A stretch of DNA of 61,115 nt, filler included. It is 4 parts of 4 records of this genome, joined end to end, with 100 filler letters (N's around TTAATTAATTAA, not from the genome) between each part and the next. Parts side by side here need not be neighbours in the genome. Positions count along the whole stretch, not along the records: positions 16,512 to 30,841 come from DRR723986_5802; positions 30,942 to 52,426 come from DRR723986_5806; 2 more parts are not named here. One strand, 5' to 3'. Within the stretch, counting starts at the first letter, position 1, and every line of letters begins with the position of its first letter. Under the pieces are notes generated by a model. That model saw only the letters and a program-made list of their open reading frames with translations. It did no database searches and was not told where the DNA came from. A program made the position numbers and the translations under genes. Below, piece by piece: positions 21,433 to 31,180 of the stretch.

Positions 21433-23316
21433 TCATTCTGCCGCGATCTGTTCTGCGGCCAAAATCTGAGTTTTCATTTTGGACCGCGCGGCGCGGGCGC
21501 TGCGTACAATTGCAGGCTCACGCAGGGAGTTGGGGCTGTCCATGCGCAGCCCCTTGAGGCCAAGCCGCGAAACATCCAGCGCCGAGAGTGCCGACAGCGG
21601 CACCGCTGCCACAAGGCTGAACACAATCGGCACCAGCCAGAGCGATATCAACCCGGCCAGCAACCCGGCCAAGAGCACCAGCCCGAGCAGGGTTTCGACC
21701 CAGTGGAATTTGATCAATGTGGTGATCGGATAGCTTTGTGCGCTGCGCTGTTGCGGGGCCCATGGTTCGGATCGGGTGAAAGTGGCCCGCAGCACCGCCT
21801 TGGTTTGCTGGATCATCAGCACAGGTGCATAGGCGATAGACAGCGCCACCTCGGCCAAAACAGAGGTCAGGAAAGGCCGCCGCCCGCCAAAGCTTCGGGT
21901 CGCGGTCGGGGTGGCCGCAATGATCGCAGCGCCCGCGATTTTCGGGGCCAACAACATCGCGTACATGATCACCAGAAACACCGCGCTGTCGATATGGCTC
22001 ATGGCGGGGGGCCAGTCCGGGAACAGCGGATTGGCCTCGTTGAAATAGCGGATCACATTGGTTTCCGCGTCTTTGCCGAGCAAGGCCCAGACCACCAGCA
22101 GAACAAACCACGCGGGCGACAGAAGATAGCTGACCGCGCCATGCAGCAGATGAAACCGCGACACCGGATGCAGCCCCGCAGTGCGCAGTAGCCTCAGATG
22201 TTGCAGATTGCCGCGGCACCAACGGCGGTCCCGCAGAACATAGTCGATCAACGTGCCGGGGGTCTCTTCAAAACTGCCGGTGACGCGCGGCAGGAACCGC
22301 ACACGCCATCCCGCACGGCGCAGCAGGCCCGCTTCGACAAAATCATGGCTCAGGATCAGATCGCTGCGCCCTTTGCGGCCGCGCAGATGCGGCAGGCCCG
22401 CACTTTGGGCAAAGGCACGGGTGCGGATGATCGCGTTGTGGCCCCAATAATTGCCTTCATTGCGTGCCCAAAGCGCCAGCCCCTCGGCCAGAAGCCAGCC
22501 ATAGGCGATGTTGGAAAACTGCTGCACGCGGGCAAACAGAGTGTTGGCCTCGATCAACATCGGAAAGCTCTGGATCAGGCCGGCCTCAGGGTCATTGGCC
22601 AGTTCGGAGGACAGCCGTTCAATGGCGCGGCCCGTCATCAGGCTGTCGGCGTCCAGTACCAGCATCCCCTCGAACGCCGCGCCCCAGCCGGTGATCCAAT
22701 TGACCAGATTGCCAACCTTCTTGTCTGTGTTGGCGGTGCGGCGGCGATAATAGACTGCGATTTGCTGGGGCGCAGAGGCCCGCAACTGTTCATACGCCTG
22801 CCATTCCTGCGCGGCAATGGCATCATCCGGTGTGTCGGACAAGATGAACAGACTATAGCTGTGCGGCCCTTTGCGGGCGGCCAGATCATCCAGCATGGCG
22901 GCGGCATTGCCAAAAACATCCCAGGGCACTTCGTTGTAGATCGGCACCAACAGGGCGACATCCATCGGTGTGATGGCCGCAGGGCTTCTTGTGTCAGCCG
23001 CCTGCCGTGCGAGTAGCCCAGAAATTGCCACCCCAACTGTGCTGACCGAGAGCGTGACCCAGACAAATGTCAGGCCGATCATCATCAGCAGCGCCCATTC
23101 CAGCCCGGTCATCCCGCCGCTGGCCAGCCATCCGTAGATCCCAAACATCAGTGCCAATGTGCCCAAACAGGCCGGCACAAACACCGCCAGACGCCAGCGC
23201 CTGTTGCCTATGGGTGCGGCGTTGCGGCTGGTGGGGGCATGGGTGAAATCCTGCGCGTCCATATCCAACGGCGCGGCGGGCGGCATGGCAAAACGAGGGC
23301 AGGTAGGTGCCGTCAT
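21433..23316 (-). CDS. opgH: Osmoregulated periplasmic glucan glucosyltransferase
   Basis: PIYNE, LSDT, KKVGN, VLDADS, NYWGHNAIIR, LSHDFVEA, RDRRWCRGNLQH; ATGA overlap with upstream gene. Confidence 0.93.
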   Translation of the reverse strand: MTAPTCPRFAMPPAAPLDMDAQDFTHAPTSRNAAPIGNRRWRLAVFVPACLGTLALMFGIYGWLASGGMTGLEWALLMMIGLTFVWVTLSVSTVGVAISGLLARQAADTRSPAAITPMDVALLVPIYNEVPWDVFGNAAAMLDDLAARKGPHSYSLFILSDTPDDAIAAQEWQAYEQLRASAPQQIAVYYRRRTANTDKKVGNLVNWITGWGAAFEGMLVLDADSLMTGRAIERLSSELANDPEAGLIQSFPMLIEANTLFARVQQFSNIAYGWLLAEGLALWARNEGNYWGHNAIIRTRAFAQSAGLPHLRGRKGRSDLILSHDFVEAGLLRRAGWRVRFLPRVTGSFEETPGTLIDYVLRDRRWCRGNLQHLRLLRTAGLHPVSRFHLLHGAVSYLLSPAWFVLLVVWALLGKDAETNVIRYFNEANPLFPDWPPAMSHIDSAVFLVIMYAMLLAPKIAGAAIIAATPTATRSFGGRRPFLTSVLAEVALSIAYAPVLMIQQTKAVLRATFTRSEPWAPQQRSAQSYPITTLIKFHWVETLLGLVLLAGLLAGLISLWLVPIVFSLVAAVPLSALSALDVSRLGLKGLRMDSPNSLREPAIVRSARAARSKMKTQILAAEQIAAE

Positions 23317-24842
23317 GATGCGGTCCACCGATAAAGCCAAACCTCGCTCAAGGGGGCACCGTTCAGGCGCAGCTGCGCCCGGAACTCGGCCAGCGTCGCC
23401 TCGCCGGCCTCAAAGGTAAAGGCCAGACGCGGACCGCCGGTTTCGGGATTGCGCTGCACGATGCCAGAGGAGGTGTCACCGGCGCTGGAGCGCAGGATAA
23501 TCTCAACCTTGCTCAGGTCATCCGGCACATGGGGGGCATCTTCAAAATCAATTGCGATGATCTGCCCCCCTTCGGGACGGCCTCCCATCGCTGTGTTCAA
23601 AACCTTCAGCGGCATGCCAGGCACATCCGCAATCGGATCCGCGCCCCAATGCAGGGTATAGCTCATCTGATGTTGAGACCCGGCCTTGAGCGCGGCAGTG
23701 GGCCGCCAATAGGCGACGATATTGTCATAAATCTCAAGATCAGCAGGGATCTCAACCAGCGTCACCGCACCTTTGCCCCAATCTTCACCCGGTGTGATCC
23801 AGACGGCGGGGCGCATGTGATAAAGCGCCTCGAGGTCGTTGAAATCCGAGAACTTGCGCTTGCGCTGCATCAGCCCAAAACCGCGCGGATTGTTGTCGGC
23901 AAAGGCGCTGATCTGAAGGGCGGCCGGGTTGGCCAGCGGCCTCCAGATCACCTCGCCGGCGCCATTGTGGATCAGCAGGCCGTCACTGTCGTGAACCGCT
24001 GGCCGGAAATCCGAAAAACGCTGGCGCATCGTGTCGTCAAACAGGAACATAGAGGTCAGCGGCGCAATGCCCAGATGGGTTATGTCGGTGCGGGCAAAAA
24101 CATGGGCTTCGACCTGCATCTTCAAGACCGCGCCATGCGTGATCTCAAACCGGTAGGCACCTGTGCAAGACGGGCTGTCGAGCAGGGCATGCAGGACGAT
24201 GCTGTCACTGCCGGGTACGGGCGTTTCCAGCCAAAAGGCGGTGAAATCGGGGAACTCTTCGCCCATCGGATCGCCGGTTTTGAGCGCCAGCCCACGGGCG
24301 GACAACCCGTAAATCTCACCCGTGCCGATGCCGCGGAAATAGCTGGCGCCCTGAAACACCGCATATTCCTGAAAGATACCGTAGGTCTCAAGCTCTGCCC
24401 GGAGACGCAAACCGGAATAGCCGAGGGTCTCGTCAAGATCGACATCGGGGAATTTGTCGGTGGTGTCAAAGACCCCCATGTCAAAGCGGACGGGGCGCGA
24501 TTGGCCATCCTCCACCACATGCAGGGCAACAGCTTGGGGAAAGTAGAGACCGGGGGGAAAGACATCAACGCGCTGCGGCGCATCGCTGTTTTCCCACAGG
24601 GCGTTGCGGGCATCAAACCAGATCTTGCGGTACTGGTCATAGGTCAGGTTGCGCCAGCTTTCAGGGATCTGCGGGCGCGGGGTGTAGGGGGCGCGCGCCA
24701 ATGCGCGGGCGCGGTCCAATACAGTGTCTTGATCAAACGCGGTCGCTTCGTCGGCCAGTTGCAGACCCGGCTCTTCGGCCCATGCGGCAGCGGGCAGGGC
24801 GGCCAGCGCGGCCAGTGATTTGAGAACATCGCGGCGCAGCAT
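23313..24842 (-). CDS. opgG: Periplasmic glucan biosynthesis protein OpgG/OpgD family, Tat signal
   Basis: MLRRDVLK signal; FQGASYFR, YGLSARGLA, EEFPDF, RPAVHDSDGL, DNIVAYW, SEVWLYRW. Confidence 0.9.
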   Translation of the reverse strand: MLRRDVLKSLAALAALPAAAWAEEPGLQLADEATAFDQDTVLDRARALARAPYTPRPQIPESWRNLTYDQYRKIWFDARNALWENSDAPQRVDVFPPGLYFPQAVALHVVEDGQSRPVRFDMGVFDTTDKFPDVDLDETLGYSGLRLRAELETYGIFQEYAVFQGASYFRGIGTGEIYGLSARGLALKTGDPMGEEFPDFTAFWLETPVPGSDSIVLHALLDSPSCTGAYRFEITHGAVLKMQVEAHVFARTDITHLGIAPLTSMFLFDDTMRQRFSDFRPAVHDSDGLLIHNGAGEVIWRPLANPAALQISAFADNNPRGFGLMQRKRKFSDFNDLEALYHMRPAVWITPGEDWGKGAVTLVEIPADLEIYDNIVAYWRPTAALKAGSQHQMSYTLHWGADPIADVPGMPLKVLNTAMGGRPEGGQIIAIDFEDAPHVPDDLSKVEIILRSSAGDTSSGIVQRNPETGGPRLAFTFEAGEATLAEFRAQLRLNGAPLSEVWLYRWTAS

Positions 24843-26098
24843 CAGGCACCCGCCTTTGCACGCCATGGCTGGGATTTGAACCAACCCGCGCCGTAGGCCA
24901 CTGCAATCAGAATTGCCGCACCGATTAGATTGACCAGCAGGGTAGAAGCCAAACTGCGGCCCAGCACATCAAGCGCAAAACCCATAACCCGCGCCATAAA
25001 CATGCTGGCAACAAACACCGCCAGTGATTGTTGCCCGACCTTGAGGATCACGGCCAAAGCGCCGGACCAGAACCGCGCCGCTGCGCCGCTGCCACGGGCT
25101 AAAAGCCGCGCCCCTTTGTCGCCCGCCGCGACCCAGGCCAGATAGGCCAACGCCAGAAAATGTGCATAGCGCAGAATGCCGAAGTCGGATTTGTTGATCA
25201 GCCCGCCATTTGCGATCCGCCAGTCTTTGGCCCAGTCAAAACCAAACTCGCGCACGCCAATGCTGCTGAGCGGGACATTGGCCAGCACCACAAATGCCGC
25301 CACGGCGATCAGGATCTTGTGAACCGGCGGCTTGGGCAGCCAGCCGCGCATGAAGGCAAAGCCGGTGAAAAAGATCAGCTGCCAGCCAAACGGGTTGAAG
25401 AACCAAGACCTGTCTGTCCAGGGCTCCGCCGGGAATTCCAGGTGCAGATGGCCGAGGCCAAAGACCTCAAGCAAGGCATCTTGCGCCATCACCCAGACCA
25501 GCGCGACAAAACCCGCCACGGCCCATAGGTTGATCCGCGCCAGTGCCATCACCAGCGGCATCATGATCAGAACCACCATGTACATTGGTAAAATGTCGAA
25601 ATAATTCGGCACATAGCGCAGGGTCATAAAGCTGAGCAGGATGTTGGAATTGTCCCATTTGTCACTTTCGACAAACATCATCCACAAGTTCAACTGGCCC
25701 CAATAATTGCGCCCGGTGATGTCCAGCTCTGTCAGATAAACGGTCATCGCCAGCGTCGCAAAAAACAGCCCAACATGCGCCCAATAGACCTGCCAGACCC
25801 GGAACAGCACCCGCGCCGTGCCCAGCAGCCAGCCCATTCGCACAAAGGCCCCGCCAAAGGCGATGGCGCTTGCCATGCCGGAACAGAACACAAATATCTC
25901 GGTCGCGTCGGAAAACCCCCAACGCGCGGGTATCCAAAGGGTCAGCAGGTTTCCGGGGGTGTGGGCGATCAGGATGATGAACATCGCAATGCCGCGAAAG
26001 AAATCCAGCCGTAGATCACGCACCCGCGTGCCGGATTGGGCACCCAATGCGGTCACAGGGCGTGATGGAACTTCGGATGTGGCAGCTGCAAGGCTCAT
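24842..26098 (-). CDS. opgC: OpgC-type periplasmic glucan succinylation membrane protein
   Basis: RDLRLDFFRG, GFSDATEIFVF.SG, DILPMY, FFNPFGWQL, VGQQSL. Confidence 0.85.
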   Translation of the reverse strand: MSLAAATSEVPSRPVTALGAQSGTRVRDLRLDFFRGIAMFIILIAHTPGNLLTLWIPARWGFSDATEIFVFCSGMASAIAFGGAFVRMGWLLGTARVLFRVWQVYWAHVGLFFATLAMTVYLTELDITGRNYWGQLNLWMMFVESDKWDNSNILLSFMTLRYVPNYFDILPMYMVVLIMMPLVMALARINLWAVAGFVALVWVMAQDALLEVFGLGHLHLEFPAEPWTDRSWFFNPFGWQLIFFTGFAFMRGWLPKPPVHKILIAVAAFVVLANVPLSSIGVREFGFDWAKDWRIANGGLINKSDFGILRYAHFLALAYLAWVAAGDKGARLLARGSGAAARFWSGALAVILKVGQQSLAVFVASMFMARVMGFALDVLGRSLASTLLVNLIGAAILIAVAYGAGWFKSQPWRAKAGA

Positions 26099-26127
26099 AA
26101 TGTTCGCTGGGTCCGCAAATCAGGTGG

Positions 26128-27477
26128 TTATTGCGCCGGGATGCGGCGGGCTGTGGACAGGCGGTCAAATCGGGTTGCGGTAAAGCGATCCTCATGACCG
26201 GCCCGCAGGGCAAGACGGTCAAGCAGGATCGCTTCTGCGCCATCCAGATGGCCTGCACGCAGTCCTGCGTCAATGGTCATGCGTTCAAAGACATCGCGCT
26301 GGGCGTGACTTCCGCCGATGCTCTGCATTTTTGGGCGGGCTTTCGCCAAAAGGCTAAATGCATCGCCATAACGCCCCTCGGCAAAGGCGTTGAGACCCTC
26401 CAGTGCGGCAAGGCCTGGATCGGCCACGCGGGCGGCCATTTCACCGTTGTCCTTGGCATCTCGGGCAAAGCGGGCGGCCATGGCATCGGCGGCTGCGCCG
26501 TCCTTGGCGCCGGACAGGGCCAGCATGTAGTGCAGGTCGGCAAAGACAAAGCAACCGTCGTCAATGCGTGGTGCGGCCAATGCGCCAAGTTCGTCCCATC
26601 GGGCGCCAACATCAATGCCCTCAAGCTCAAGCCGCATCAGCAGTGAGGTTGCATTGGCAATGTCGCGGTAATCGTCGGTTTTGTCGGCGCGGATCTGGCT
26701 GTCATAGAGGGACAGCGCCACGTCAAGCTGACCAAGGTCCAGATGCAGCAAGGCTTTGTGCCACCAAACGTGATAGCGGAAATTGTTGGATCCGTCCCAG
26801 GCGTTTTTGTGGTTTTCGATCAGAGTGATCCCGGCGCCCGGCTCGGCCCGCATATCATGCACGTGGGCAACGGCATGCAGCCCCCATGCATCATCCGGCG
26901 CATAGGTCAGACCAGCGCGGCCTGTGTGTTCGGCGCGGGCATATTCGCCGGTTTCCTCAAGCGCAAAGGCATGGCAACCCAGCACATAGCCACAGAGCGG
27001 ATGATCCGGCCCATGCGCAGGCAGAACCCGTTCGATGGACCTGCGCATCCCGGCAGCATCCCCAAGGATAAACCGGATGGCCTGGCTGGCCTTGGCCGAC
27101 AATGTGTCTTGAGGTTGATCCTGCAAAGCTTTCTCAAGCGCGGCAATCGCGCCGGTGGGGTGCATGGCCAACCATGCCTCCAGCGCATCTATCCAACAGG
27201 CCTCGCGATCAGAGATGGGGCGGGCGGCGCGGGCCGCTTTGGCAGAGGCCAGCGCCCCTTCGGCCACTGTCCACATCTCGGCGCGGCCCAGCATCAGCGA
27301 AAAAAGCCCTCTGGCCGCATGGGCCATGGCAAAATCGGGATCAGCCTCCAGCGTCGCACCCAGATGCTGCGGCGTGGCGGTGCCATGTGCCAGAAACGCA
27401 CGGATCATCGCGTTCCAACTGGTGAGCGCCTCTGCGCCTTGCAGTGAAACGGATGCATTGCAAATATCGACTGTCAT
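26128..27477 (-). CDS. Tetratricopeptide repeat protein (TTC38-like)
   Basis: Start MTVDIC; AFALEETG, DDAWGLHAVAHV, HVWWH.AL, IGGSHAQRDVF. Confidence 0.82.
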   Translation of the reverse strand: MTVDICNASVSLQGAEALTSWNAMIRAFLAHGTATPQHLGATLEADPDFAMAHAARGLFSLMLGRAEMWTVAEGALASAKAARAARPISDREACWIDALEAWLAMHPTGAIAALEKALQDQPQDTLSAKASQAIRFILGDAAGMRRSIERVLPAHGPDHPLCGYVLGCHAFALEETGEYARAEHTGRAGLTYAPDDAWGLHAVAHVHDMRAEPGAGITLIENHKNAWDGSNNFRYHVWWHKALLHLDLGQLDVALSLYDSQIRADKTDDYRDIANATSLLMRLELEGIDVGARWDELGALAAPRIDDGCFVFADLHYMLALSGAKDGAAADAMAARFARDAKDNGEMAARVADPGLAALEGLNAFAEGRYGDAFSLLAKARPKMQSIGGSHAQRDVFERMTIDAGLRAGHLDGAEAILLDRLALRAGHEDRFTATRFDRLSTARRIPAQ

Positions 27478-27661
27478 CACCCTGGCCTTCTGCGATTGCT
27501 GTTCTAAGGCAAAGGGATAGCGGGATTCTGAAAACCGATGAACGGGTCTGACGCGCGTCACACGCCAACGTGAAGCGGACCTGCGCTTTCGTGAGCGAAT
27601 GTGTCAGTTGGCAGGTTTGCGAGGCGTCTTTGTGCCGGAAGGCATGAAGCTTGCCCGCGGA

Positions 27662-28885
27662 TTATCGCTGCGGATCGCCCTTTTGCGGCGCATCTGGCCC
27701 CCATGTTTCAAGCACATCACGGGTGTCTTGGCCAAATCGCGGCGGCGGGCGGTTGTATTGGACCGGCGTCCGCGACAGTTTCAGAGGATTGCCCAGAAGT
27801 TGTAACATCCCGCCCGCAATCTCGGGGCGCGGCATGTCGATCACGGCGCCGCGGGCTTGGGCCTGATCCGACGACAATGCCTCGGCAATGGTGTTGATCG
27901 GGCCGCAGGGCACTTTGACAGCTTGCAAGCGCGTCAGCATATCCGCCTTCGCCTGTGTCTTCATCGCAGGTACGATCCGCGCCAAGAGAGCCGCGCGGTT
28001 TTCGATGCGGGCCAGATTGGTCTGGAACATCGGATCAACCGCCAGATCACCCAGCCCCAGCACATCGCAGAGCCGCGCAAATTGCGCATCATTGCCGACG
28101 GCCAAAAGGATATGCCCGTCGCTGCATTCAAAGGCATCATAGGGCACGATGTTGGGGTGCGCATTGCCGCGCCGTTCCGGCAGGGTGCCAGAGGTCAGGA
28201 AATTGGTGCCTTCGTTGATGAGCCACGCCATGGCGCTGTCCACCAAGGACAGGTCGATATGTTGGCCCTCGCCGGTTTGATCGCGGTGCCGCAAAGCGGC
28301 CAGAACGCCGATGGTGGCATACATGCCGCACATCACATCGGCGATGCCAACACCCACTTTCATCGGGGCGCCATCGGGTTCGCCTGTGATCGACATGATG
28401 CCGCCAAAGCCCTGCGCCATCAGGTCATAGCCGGGTTGATCACGGTTCGGGCCGGTCTGGCCATAGCCGGAAATCGAGCAATAGATCAGCGCGGGATGCG
28501 CGGCCATCAGGCTGGCGTGATCCAACCCGTATTTCTTGAGGCCATCGGGTTTGAAATTCTCCACCACAATATCGGCACGGGCCGCGAGGTGGCGCAGGGT
28601 TTTCTGGCCATCGGCGGTGGAAATATCCACGGAGATAGAGCGTTTGTTGCGGTTTGCAGCCATGAAATAGGCCGACAGATCGGTTGGATTTCCGTCCGTA
28701 TCTTTGGCGTAATTCGGCCCCCAGCCACGGGTGTCATCGCCGCCACTGCGCGGGTTTTCCACCTTGATAACCGTTGCGCCGAGATCGCCCAGCATCTGCG
28801 TGCAGGTCGGCCCGGCCAGAATGCGGCTTAGGTCGAGGACAAAGATACCGTCCAACGCGCCTTTCGGCTCAGATCCGGCCATCAT
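27662..28885 (-). CDS. CaiB/BaiF family III CoA transferase
   Basis: LDLSRILAGP, GATVIKVE, NRNKRS, ENFKP, SISGYGQTGP, PGYD catalytic Asp. Confidence 0.93.
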   Translation of the reverse strand: MMAGSEPKGALDGIFVLDLSRILAGPTCTQMLGDLGATVIKVENPRSGGDDTRGWGPNYAKDTDGNPTDLSAYFMAANRNKRSISVDISTADGQKTLRHLAARADIVVENFKPDGLKKYGLDHASLMAAHPALIYCSISGYGQTGPNRDQPGYDLMAQGFGGIMSITGEPDGAPMKVGVGIADVMCGMYATIGVLAALRHRDQTGEGQHIDLSLVDSAMAWLINEGTNFLTSGTLPERRGNAHPNIVPYDAFECSDGHILLAVGNDAQFARLCDVLGLGDLAVDPMFQTNLARIENRAALLARIVPAMKTQAKADMLTRLQAVKVPCGPINTIAEALSSDQAQARGAVIDMPRPEIAGGMLQLLGNPLKLSRTPVQYNRPPPRFGQDTRDVLETWGPDAPQKGDPQR

Positions 28886-30488
28886 AAGCTCCGCGATCAA
28901 TCACAGCGGCAATCACGGTAAAGGTATCCGCTTGCATGGCTTGCTCCAGCGCGGTTTGCAGCGCTTTGCGGCTGCGCACGGTTGCGCCGCGCCCACCAAA
29001 GGCCACGCCCATGGCTGCAAAATTATGGCGGGGAAAGTCCACGCCAGAGTTGCTAAGCTGCCGTTCCCGCTGCTTTTTCTCGATCAGGGCAAGCGAGGCA
29101 TCGACAAAGACCACAAAGATCGGCGCAAGGTTCAGCTCCGCGGCGGTGGCCAATTCACCGGCCACCATCAAGAACCCCGCGTCGCCGGAGAAGGAGACGA
29201 CGTTGCGCTCTGGATCGGCGAGTTTTGCGCCAATGGCCATCGGCACGGCACAGCCCATCGTACAAAGCGCCGAGGATTGCATCAGATCGCGCGGCGCGTG
29301 GCATTCCCACATCTGGCTCAGCAGGATCCGGTGCGCGCCACTGTCGGCTGAGGCGACGGTGCCTTTGGGCAAAACGGCGCGGCAGGTGTCGATCACGGCG
29401 GCGGGCCCCCAATCCTCGTCATTGGGGAAATCCGTGCCAAGCGCGGTCTTGAGCTGGTGTATCTCGCCGTCCACCCATGTCGCACGCGGGTCCAGCCCGT
29501 CACTGAGGGCGGCAAGGGTCGGGGCGCAGTCGGTCACGAAATTGAGCGTGCTTTGATGCATGTAGTGGTGGTTTGGCACGGCGGTGATGTCGATCACGCG
29601 CTGGCTGTCCGGGGTCCAGACATCGCGCCAGCCGGGGCGCATTTCGATGGGGTCATAGCCGACACAGATGATCAGGTCTGCCGATTGTGTGAAAGGCACC
29701 AGATGCTTGTCCGCCAAGGGGGACAGGCCTGCACCACCAAGGGCCAGCGGATGATCCTCGGGCAGCATACCTTTGGCCTTGTAGGTGGTGATCACCGGTA
29801 TGTTGTGGTCCTCGGCGAACTCCCGCACGGCGCTGCCTGCGCCTTGGTTCATCGCATCCACGCCAACAACCATCAGCGGTTTGCGGGCCTCCGACAGCCA
29901 GCTGCGGGCGGTTTCCAGATCCTTTTCGGCCGGAATGCTCGGCGATGCCGGGCGGCGGCGGGCCGGGGCCAGTGCGGGAATATGGGTGTCGGCCACACCA
30001 ATCGGCACGTCGATATGCACCGGCCCCATGCGCCCCTCGGTGGCGATGGCCACGGCTTTGTCTGCAATCACATGGGCCGCGCCGGCAGACAGGCGGAATG
30101 TCGCCTTGGTGATCGGTTCAAACACCGCCTGATGATCGACAACCTGATGGGTATAGCGGGCCGCCTCATCCGCATCGACACAGCCGGACAGGACAATCAG
30201 CGGCACCTGATCTTGCAATGCGTTGGCCACGGTGTTGACCCCGTTCAATGTGCCGGGGCCGATGGTGCCGACCAGAATGGCAGGCGCGTGATCGCGGTGA
30301 TGTACGCCTTCGGCCATAAACCCCGCGGCGTTCTCGTGTTTGGCGAGGATAAACCGGATACCGGCCTGTTTCAGCGCATCTATCAAGGTCAGAACCTCAC
30401 CGCCCGGCATGCCAAAGGCATAGCGGCAACCGGCATCATACAGACGGCGGGCCAGTGCATCAGCAGCACGGATCGTATCGGGCATCAT
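28869..30488 (-). CDS. ThDP-dependent enzyme, acetolactate-synthase/decarboxylase superfamily
   Basis: FGMPGGE, HENAAGFMA, TIGPG, GPVHIDVP, TMGCAVP, GDAGF; 3' end overlaps CoA transferase. Confidence 0.88.
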   Translation of the reverse strand: MMPDTIRAADALARRLYDAGCRYAFGMPGGEVLTLIDALKQAGIRFILAKHENAAGFMAEGVHHRDHAPAILVGTIGPGTLNGVNTVANALQDQVPLIVLSGCVDADEAARYTHQVVDHQAVFEPITKATFRLSAGAAHVIADKAVAIATEGRMGPVHIDVPIGVADTHIPALAPARRRPASPSIPAEKDLETARSWLSEARKPLMVVGVDAMNQGAGSAVREFAEDHNIPVITTYKAKGMLPEDHPLALGGAGLSPLADKHLVPFTQSADLIICVGYDPIEMRPGWRDVWTPDSQRVIDITAVPNHHYMHQSTLNFVTDCAPTLAALSDGLDPRATWVDGEIHQLKTALGTDFPNDEDWGPAAVIDTCRAVLPKGTVASADSGAHRILLSQMWECHAPRDLMQSSALCTMGCAVPMAIGAKLADPERNVVSFSGDAGFLMVAGELATAAELNLAPIFVVFVDASLALIEKKQRERQLSNSGVDFPRHNFAAMGVAFGGRGATVRSRKALQTALEQAMQADTFTVIAAVIDRGAYDGRI

Positions 30489-30569
30489 CGGACCTTTCGG
30501 AGGCAGAACTCGGCAGGCTACCAATGCACGGTCTGCGCAAAGGTGCAATCCATTGATCTGTAGAGAATT

Positions 30570-30604
30570 TTACATCCGCGTAAATCCCCCTCACGGATTG
30601 GTGA
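30570..30604. promoter_or_regulatory. Paired palindromes T(T/C)AC-N6-GT(A/G)A, candidate operator
   Basis: TTACatccgcGTAA (30570) and TCACggattgGTGA (30591), 21 bp apart, upstream of the ThDP gene. Confidence 0.55.
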
Positions 30605-30716
30605 AACGGGACGGGCTGGCTTGTGTTCAAAGGTCAGGCTCAGGGCGATCATGCGCGGAGCAAAGGTGCCTCTGTCCGGCTTGGCGCCTGATCCCATGAC
30701 CCAGAAACAGCAAGAG

Positions 30717-30747
30717 AAAAGGGCGGCGCCCGTGCGGCCCGCCCTTC
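30717..30747 (-). terminator. Intrinsic terminator after gcrA
   Basis: Minus strand GAAGGGCGG-GCCGCACGGGCG-CCGCCCTTTTCTCTT. Confidence 0.7.
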
Positions 30748-30771
30748 AAATCCTGAAACCTATTGCCAATC

Positions 30772-30841
30772 TTACCGGCGGCGGTCGCGCCGGGCTGACA
30801 TCGGCTGGAACGCCACGCCGACGTGGGCTTCGCAATAGGGT
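30772..30841 (-). CDS. gcrA: GcrA cell-cycle regulator, C-terminal 22 aa only
   Basis: Not in ORF track; reads PYCEAHVGVAFQPMSARRDRRR*, the characteristic Rhodobacterales GcrA C-terminus. Confidence 0.85.
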
Positions 30842-30941
30842 NNNNNNNNNNNNNNNNNNNNNNNNNNNNNNNNNNNNNNNNNNNNTTAATTAATTAANNN
30901 NNNNNNNNNNNNNNNNNNNNNNNNNNNNNNNNNNNNNNNNN
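30842..30941. other. Artificial contig spacer
   Basis: N run + TTAATTAATTAA + N run. Confidence 0.99.
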
Positions 30942-30969
30942 GCAGGTTCGAATCCTGCACGGCTCACCA
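30942..30969 (+). tRNA. tRNA 3' fragment, probably tRNA-Lys
   Basis: GCAGG-TTCGAAT-CCTGC T-arm, ACGGCTC-A-CCA; anticodon missing, identity inferred from alphaproteobacterial tRNA-Lys acceptor stem. Confidence 0.8.
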
Positions 30970-30976
30970 CTAAATC

Positions 30977-31014
30977 AAAGGCTTAGCCGTAAATGGCTGG
31001 GCCTTTTGTTTTTT
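30977..31014 (+). terminator. Intrinsic terminator after tRNA
   Basis: AAAGGCTTAGCC-GTAAAT-GGCTGGGCCTTT then TGTTTTTT. Confidence 0.8.
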
Positions 31015-31180
31015 CAGCGGGGCATTTAGCCAAATATAACGGCACAAACCCGTTCTTTACGCGGGCGCATGCAGGTAGCTTTTTGGGCGCACAATCGCGC
31101 GCGGGCGGCGTTCGTGGTGCTTGGCGCGTTTTGGTCATCCTGCATGCGCCAGCGGCAGCCCGATGGGCAGTGGGGCGCGC

